A DNA stretch of 64,000 nucleotides from Minisyncoccota bacterium (lineage in GTDB: Bacteria > Patescibacteriota > Minisyncoccia > Phycocordibacterales > XYD1-FULL-46-19). The DNA is taken from contig JBBABX010000002.1 of the NCBI GenBank assembly GCA_041657405.1, positions 108,915-172,914 on the forward strand, written 5' to 3'. The notes beneath the pieces are model-generated. The model was given only the letters and a program-made list of their open reading frames with translations, was not told the origin of the DNA and searched no databases. A program made the position numbers and the translations under genes. Below, in pieces: positions 58,696 to 64,000 of this stretch (positions are counted from its first letter, which is position 1; each line of letters opens with the position of its first letter).

Positions 58696-61600
58696 ATGCA
58701 ATTTTTAGATAAAGAATGGTCAAAAAAGCACTTAGAGGATATCAAAAAGAAAGCTGATAAGCGTTACACACCAGAATTAAATGTTGAGCTTCCTATATCT
58801 GAGATTTTTGACGGACTTGGTCGTACTAAGGCTTTTTATACAACGGTGCAATCTCACTACGGGAAACTTTTTAAAAGATTTAGGTCAATAACCAGTGTTT
58901 ATAAAAATAGAAAAATTCAAAGAACATTTAATTCTTTTGCTCGAAATGTAAAAGAGCTATTAGATATTCTAGAAAACGTAAAGAAGTACGAGACAACACA
59001 GATCCCGTGGAAAAAAATTAATTCGCTTGCTGAAAAATCACAGTCTTATTCTTGGAAACTTTCTGACCAAATTAGAAAGGAAAAAGAAAAACCTGTCCAA
59101 AAAGAATTGCTTAAACCAGAAGAACCTTATACTTATCCAAGAACCAATGCTGATATATTCAACTCTGATCTACACGATATAACAGAAGTTCAAAGGGAGC
59201 TTAGATTTTTTATAGACTTTAGTAAAAGCACTTCCGCAGAAACTTCAAATAGACCATTTCTGTTGGTTAATGGACTAGCCGGATCTGGCAAGACACACTT
59301 GCTGTGTGATTTGGTTAAACATCGAATTGATAAGGGCTACGCTCCTACTGTTCTAAGCTTCGGTGAATTTTTTGAAGGCAGTGATGATATTTGGTTCAAA
59401 ATGGCCAAACAGTTTGGGTTGAATCCCGTAAAATGGAATAAGGACAAAATACTAAAAGAACTTGATAATAAGGGTAAGTCTACAAAAAGCAGGTCAATCT
59501 TAATGATTGATGCTTTAAATGAATCGAGGCCATTATCTTTTTGGAACAGTAAACTTAAAAAGCTTCTTGCTGATATTCGCAAATATCCAAATGTGGCTCT
59601 CGTAGCAACTATCCGTTCAGGTTTTGAGAAAGATGTAATAAATGAAAATGTTAAGAAACAATTTACCCAAGAAGAGCATCGGGGCTTTGAATTTCAAGAA
59701 TGGGAAGCTGTAACAAAATTCTTTAAAGAGTTTTCATTACCCCTTCCAGAAATCCCTCTCTTAACTCCTGAGTTTCAAAATCCGCTTTTCCTTCTATTAT
59801 TTTGCAAAGCATTTGAGAACACAGCCGGAAAGAAACAGAAAAAGTCATTCAAAGGTCAGGAAGGTGCTACACATATTTTTGAAAAGTATGTTGATTCGGT
59901 CTCAAAGAAAATTGAGAAAAAGTTTAAAATTGATCACGGGCCAGGAAAGAATATCTGGGATACGGTAATAGAAAAGATTGCCGAACAAATGGTTAATAAA
60001 AATGTAGACAGATTATTTGCGGATGATATTTTGAAGTTAATCAAAAAAGCTCACCCTGCACTTGGTGAAAGTACTCTTTTAGATGATTGCGAAAAGAACT
60101 TTTTACTGGTTAAAGTTCCACATTATGTACCAGAAACAGGTACTTCAGCAGGCTTTGATTATCGTTTTCCTTTCCAGAGGTTTAGTGACCATTTAGTCGG
60201 AAGATCTCTTTTTAAGAAGTATGAAAAGGAGTTTGGTAAAACAAACAAAAATATTTCCACTGCAACTAAATTCTTTTCAAAAAGAAGGAAGCTAGGAAAA
60301 TTTTTAAGTCGTGGAATTAACCGAGGAATCATAGAAGCTCTATTTATTCAGTGTCCTGAACAACTCAAAGGTGTTGAGTTTTTTGAGGTGGCTCCACATG
60401 TAAAGGACTACCTAGCTAAAGATGCTTTTGTTCAAAGTATCGTATGGAGACAACCATCAGCATTTTCTTCAGATCTTAAAAAACCACTCGAATTTATAAA
60501 TAGAAGAATATTAGCATTTGGAGACGGAAACTCAGCAATCTTAAACGCTTTTCTATCTGTAGCCGTCGTTCCCTCACATCCATTTAATGCAGAATTTCTC
60601 CATAAGCATTTAATGAAGATGAAGATGCCAGCCAGAGATGCTTGGTGGTCAGTGTTTCTTCATGACGAACACAAAGACAGAAACGCAGTAGATCGACTGC
60701 TTAAGTGGAGTTGGTCTGATCAAGAATTATGCCATCTCACAGACGACTCAATCTTTTTAACCGCGATTACGCTTGCTTGGTTCTTAACTACACCGAACCG
60801 TTTTGTTAGAGACAAGGCGACTAAAGGTTTAGTGACTCTGCTACAAAATAGATTAAACCTCGTTAAAAGGCTTTTGGAAAAGTTTGAGAACGTAGATGAC
60901 CCTTATATTACGGAGCGATTATTCGCTGTTGCCTATGGGAGTATTCTTAGAAACCAAAAAGATACAGCTAATATAAAAACCATAGCTGTTTATACCTACA
61001 ACAAGTTTTTTAAGAGCAACAGACCACCTGTACATGCTTTGATTCGAGATTATGCTCGTGGAATTATTGAAGCCGCTAGACTAAACAAAATTAATTTCCG
61101 TCATTCCATTAAGAATACCGAACCCCCTTATCAGAGTACTTGGCCTACCAAAATACCTAGTAAGAAAACCTTAAATAAAAAATATAGTTTGGAGGATTAT
61201 TCCATAACAGAAAATAGTTTCCGTAGTGTCTGGTCATCATTAACCTTTGATGATTTTGGTAGGTACGAAATTGAATCACATCTTGGCTATTGGTCTGGAA
61301 GAAAATTAAACGTGGCAGAACCTGATAGAAAGGAAATATATAAAAAATTTAAGAGTGGTTTAACGAAGAAACAAAATGATTTGTTGGGCAAGGCAACTAA
61401 TATATTCTTTGGGATAAACATTAATAAAATAATGGCTCAAGTTAGGTTTGTAACCCCGGGGGAAAATAACGAAGTGGATGAGAAAGAAGAAAAAAAGAAC
61501 GAAGCGAAAGCAAAGAAAGAGAGAAAAGAACTTCTTGTAAACTTCAAGAATTCACTAAGTTTTAAAAAGCGTAAATATTTTGAAACAGAAATAGAGCCTT

Positions 61601-62838
61601 TTCTCGACGACCGTGGGTCTATTGAGGATCCTCGTGAGCGTTTTGATACCTCCCTTGCTCCAAGATGGATATTTAATCGTGTTATAGAGCTAGGTTACGA
61701 CCCAGAAATTCATGGAAAGTTTGATAATCGAGTTAACCGCTATGATAGTAGTGGCAGATCAAACCATAAAGCAGAGAGAATTGGTAAAAAATATCAGTGG
61801 ATTGCTTTGCATGAATTTACTGCCTTAGTAGCAGACCATTTTGAATTTACAGGTCGATACTGGGGCAGAAGTGGAGGAAAATATCTTGGCGCATGGAACC
61901 CATACATTAGGGATATAGATCCATCTTTGCTCATACAAAATGACAACAAAATAAAAGCAGAAGCAGAATTTAAAAATTGGAATAGTGGTCATGGAAAATA
62001 TGACGGTTGGTTGAAAGAAAGGAGTGATACGAAGTGGCTCCAAAAGAAATCCGATTTGCCTGATCCAAGAGAGATAATCAATATTACGGATGATACTGGT
62101 AGAAATTGGCTAGCTCTTAAAGGTATATTTGTTTGGCAACAAGAAACCCCACCAGAGCGAGAAAAATATGATTATCCTACTCGTGAATTGTTTTATATCT
62201 TAAAGAGCTTTATTGTCAAAAAGAAAGACTTAAAAAAGATTACTACTTGGGTAAAAAGCAAGGGCTTTGGTAATTGGTTGCCTGAATCAAATAACTGGTA
62301 CGAAACATTTATAGGTGAATTTCCAAATTCATCCTCCTTCGAAGATATGCGTGGCGACTTTAATGTATGGACTAAATCAAGTGATAAAGCTGTAGAAATA
62401 AGCAAGATTCCTTTGGTAGTGACTGACGATGGCTATTTAAATGAATTTACTCTCGATTGCTCGAGAGATGAAGGTATATCTATAATGCTTCCCTCAAAAT
62501 TCATTGTTAAAAAAATGAAATTGAAACAACCTGAGTTGGATGGAAGATTTCGAGATAAAAAAGGAAAGGTGGTAATGTACGCAACGAGTGTTTCTGAAGA
62601 AAACACACCTTCTGCGCTTATAGCTGACAAAAAAGAATTTTTAGAATTTTTGAATAAAAACGGATTAGCAGTCTTCTGGACTTTACTAGCAGAAAAGCAG
62701 TTTATTGGAGGAAGTAGATCGGGAATGGACGGATATAAAGGACGGTTGGAAACTTCTGGAATTTATTACTTTGACTCCAAAGACAGACTAAAAGGAACTA
62801 TGAATTCGAAATTTGATTCACCAAAGAAGAAATCCTAA
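58696..62838 (+). CDS. STAND ATPase, AVAST type 2 (Avs2)-like
   Basis: RYTPELNVELPI, GLAGSGKTH, IDALNE, NPLFL.LFC, RDA.WS, RD.ATK, D.YI.ER, ERIGKKYQWIA, RDIDPS. Confidence 0.8.
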   Translation: MQFLDKEWSKKHLEDIKKKADKRYTPELNVELPISEIFDGLGRTKAFYTTVQSHYGKLFKRFRSITSVYKNRKIQRTFNSFARNVKELLDILENVKKYETTQIPWKKINSLAEKSQSYSWKLSDQIRKEKEKPVQKELLKPEEPYTYPRTNADIFNSDLHDITEVQRELRFFIDFSKSTSAETSNRPFLLVNGLAGSGKTHLLCDLVKHRIDKGYAPTVLSFGEFFEGSDDIWFKMAKQFGLNPVKWNKDKILKELDNKGKSTKSRSILMIDALNESRPLSFWNSKLKKLLADIRKYPNVALVATIRSGFEKDVINENVKKQFTQEEHRGFEFQEWEAVTKFFKEFSLPLPEIPLLTPEFQNPLFLLLFCKAFENTAGKKQKKSFKGQEGATHIFEKYVDSVSKKIEKKFKIDHGPGKNIWDTVIEKIAEQMVNKNVDRLFADDILKLIKKAHPALGESTLLDDCEKNFLLVKVPHYVPETGTSAGFDYRFPFQRFSDHLVGRSLFKKYEKEFGKTNKNISTATKFFSKRRKLGKFLSRGINRGIIEALFIQCPEQLKGVEFFEVAPHVKDYLAKDAFVQSIVWRQPSAFSSDLKKPLEFINRRILAFGDGNSAILNAFLSVAVVPSHPFNAEFLHKHLMKMKMPARDAWWSVFLHDEHKDRNAVDRLLKWSWSDQELCHLTDDSIFLTAITLAWFLTTPNRFVRDKATKGLVTLLQNRLNLVKRLLEKFENVDDPYITERLFAVAYGSILRNQKDTANIKTIAVYTYNKFFKSNRPPVHALIRDYARGIIEAARLNKINFRHSIKNTEPPYQSTWPTKIPSKKTLNKKYSLEDYSITENSFRSVWSSLTFDDFGRYEIESHLGYWSGRKLNVAEPDRKEIYKKFKSGLTKKQNDLLGKATNIFFGININKIMAQVRFVTPGENNEVDEKEEKKNEAKAKKERKELLVNFKNSLSFKKRKYFETEIEPFLDDRGSIEDPRERFDTSLAPRWIFNRVIELGYDPEIHGKFDNRVNRYDSSGRSNHKAERIGKKYQWIALHEFTALVADHFEFTGRYWGRSGGKYLGAWNPYIRDIDPSLLIQNDNKIKAEAEFKNWNSGHGKYDGWLKERSDTKWLQKKSDLPDPREIINITDDTGRNWLALKGIFVWQQETPPEREKYDYPTRELFYILKSFIVKKKDLKKITTWVKSKGFGNWLPESNNWYETFIGEFPNSSSFEDMRGDFNVWTKSSDKAVEISKIPLVVTDDGYLNEFTLDCSRDEGISIMLPSKFIVKKMKLKQPELDGRFRDKKGKVVMYATSVSEENTPSALIADKKEFLEFLNKNGLAVFWTLLAEKQFIGGSRSGMDGYKGRLETSGIYYFDSKDRLKGTMNSKFDSPKKKS

Positions 62839-62861
62839 GGACTGTCACTTTTGTCACTTTT

Positions 62862-63035
62862 ATGAACACAGAAGATAAGAAAAATCCTAAAAATTGGACA
62901 ACGGAAGAAACAGATAGAGTTGTTGCTGTATTTCAATGGTTACTAGATCAAGATAGAAAGCAAAACCCTCATTTATATACAAAGAAAGCTACTCTCGAGA
63001 AGGGTCGATTAAGGAGTCAGAAAGAGCTAAAATGA
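62862..63035 (+). CDS. small hypothetical protein (57 aa)
   Basis: MNTEDKKNPKNWTTEETDRVVAVFQWLLDQDRKQNPHLYTKK...; below the ORF-track cutoff. Confidence 0.5.
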   Translation: MNTEDKKNPKNWTTEETDRVVAVFQWLLDQDRKQNPHLYTKKATLEKGRLRSQKELK

Positions 63036-63130
63036 GCCTTACAGGGCAATATATCCTTGGGTCGCATCACGAGAAGGCTCACCAAATTAATGAACAAGAT
63101 GCGAAGCATCGGTGATTATAATTTTGTAGA

Positions 63131-63278
63131 CTCTACAGGAAGTCGAAAGACGGAAGCGGTATACAAGACGAGCGAAGCGAGTGCTTGTCGCTGAGTCGGG
63201 GTCGAGAGTATTTTGGCTTTTGCAAGTCTTCCGAGCAAAAGACTTAGTAACTCGTGACCGACTCCCCGTAGGGTCACA
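63131..63278. other. structured element closed by an inverted copy of the tRNA-Glu 3' end (includes attR)
   Basis: CTCTACAGGAAGTCG (63131-63145) pairs with CGACTCCCCGTAGGG (63259-63273); two internal hairpins. Confidence 0.6.
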
Positions 63279-63576
63279 CGAGCAAAAAACAAGCCAACTA
63301 CTTTACTTGAAAATGAAACGCAAAGTCAGAAACATGTTTTTTAACAGAAAAAACAGTAAAGTCGAGTTTGTAAAATCTACTAGTAACTGATGAGTGAATT
63401 ATTGTGAACCTCTATAATTTTAGGCGCAAAGCATTTCTAGGGAAGTTTTTTGGTGGTTTTTTACTTCTAAATCTGCTAATTTATAACTATAAAATTTAAA
63501 GGGAAAAATGACTTTCACCCAAGATGAAATCACTTGAGACTGAAAGTAGGATAATTACCAATCATAAAAAATAATT

Positions 63577-63666
63577 GGAAAGGTGGCTGAGTGGTCGAAG
63601 GCACCGCACTCGAAATGCGGTGAGGGAGCAATCCCTCCGTGGGTTCGAATCCCACCCTTTCCGCCA
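63577..63666 (+). tRNA. tRNA-Ser(CGA), CCA encoded
   Basis: GGAAAGG...CCGCA-CT-CGA-AA-TGCGG, long variable arm, GTTCGAATCC...CCTTTCCGCCA. Confidence 0.95.
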
Positions 63667-63699
63667 AGACAACTAAGTATCGGAGTGACCCGAGTACTT

Positions 63700-63725
63700 C
63701 AAAACACCCCCTTGTGGGTGTTTTG
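63700..63725. terminator. probable bidirectional terminator
   Basis: CAAAACACCC-N6-GGGTGTTTTG between the convergent tRNA-Ser and the last CDS. Confidence 0.65.
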
Positions 63726-64000
63726 TTATTCTTCCTCTTTATCTACCTCTAATCTCAACCTTGCTCCCTCCACAAGCTCTGTATAGGTTGTAATATCAAT
63801 ATTCTTTAGTGAAGCTTTTATTTCTTTGTACGCATCTTCAGCGTTTTTCTCATAATCAGATTTTGTTACTTTTGCTTTAGTGGTTGAAGATAATTCAGAA
63901 TAAGGTTTAACTATTCTCTGAATAGAACCTATTACTATTAATGCCCTTGGTCTACATATTGATAGAGTAATAGTTCCACCAACTTTTGCTTCGATAAATT
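63726..64000 (-). CDS. C-terminal fragment of a Shedu/DUF4263-like nuclease (runs off the window)
   Basis: Manual translation ...ICRPRALIVIGS...KEIKASLKNIDITTYTELVEGARLRL... Confidence 0.55.
   Translation of the reverse strand, partial: FIEAKVGGTITLSICRPRALIVIGSIQRIVKPYSELSSTTKAKVTKSDYEKNAEDAYKEIKASLKNIDITTYTELVEGARLRLEVDKEEE

Larger units (their letters stand above)
48017..63278. mobile_element. tRNA-Glu-integrated defence island (~15.2 kb)
   Basis: Direct repeat CGACTCCCCGTAGGGTCACA at 48017-48036 and 63259-63278; serine recombinase and defence cargo inside. Confidence 0.85.

Noticed and set aside
28974-58696. TAA reassignment or genome-wide read-through (in-frame TAA at 29112, 50041 and 58672)
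   Set aside because: Most conserved genes here (topA, hisS, ftsZ, infB) end correctly in TAA; isolated mutations or errors are simpler
63385-63415. CTGATGAG as a hammerhead ribozyme core
   Set aside because: No stem II followed by GAAA and no flanking helices
1796-63786. Numerous short antisense or overlapping ORFs in the track (e.g. 6705-7049, 22849-23340, 27135-27383, 43484-43999, 44902-45507, 63583-63786)
   Set aside because: They shadow well-supported genes or tRNAs and show no recognisable motifs

Overview
AT-rich bacterial chromosome segment whose gene content points to a Patescibacteria/CPR (Parcubacteria-like) genome: short IF2, 4-domain S1, a tandem array of VirB2/TrbC-like pilins, a PaaX/Cas2-like gene and mostly SD-less core genes. 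Bases 1-48,000 are largely housekeeping: dnaX, dus, serS, dprA, topA, RelA/SpoT, parB, miaA, rpmG, clpB, iscS-like, infB, rbfA, gyrA, rpsA, pth, lepB, hisS, rpsU, ybeY, ftsA, ftsZ and trxB-like. The window has nine tRNA genes in total. A ~15.2 kb defence island sits in the 3' end of tRNA-Glu, bounded by a 20-bp direct repeat (48017-48036 / 63259-63278). It carries an XRE regulator, a type I R-M system with an interrupted AbiJ-like gene inside it, a large serine recombinase, a GIY-YIG/T5orf172 gene, a ParB-methyltransferase and an Avs2-like STAND ATPase that seems to lack its N-terminal effector. The most unexplained signals are: (i) two near-identical 42/54-bp palindromes plus a half-site around a stand-alone wHTH-Cas2-like gene in a tRNA cluster; (ii) three candidate structured RNA/DNA elements (39689-39874, 55611-55785, 63131-63278); (iii) a 36-bp perfect identity between two divergent pilin genes; (iv) several single-lesion gene disruptions. 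All family assignments come from motif recognition by eye, not database searches.
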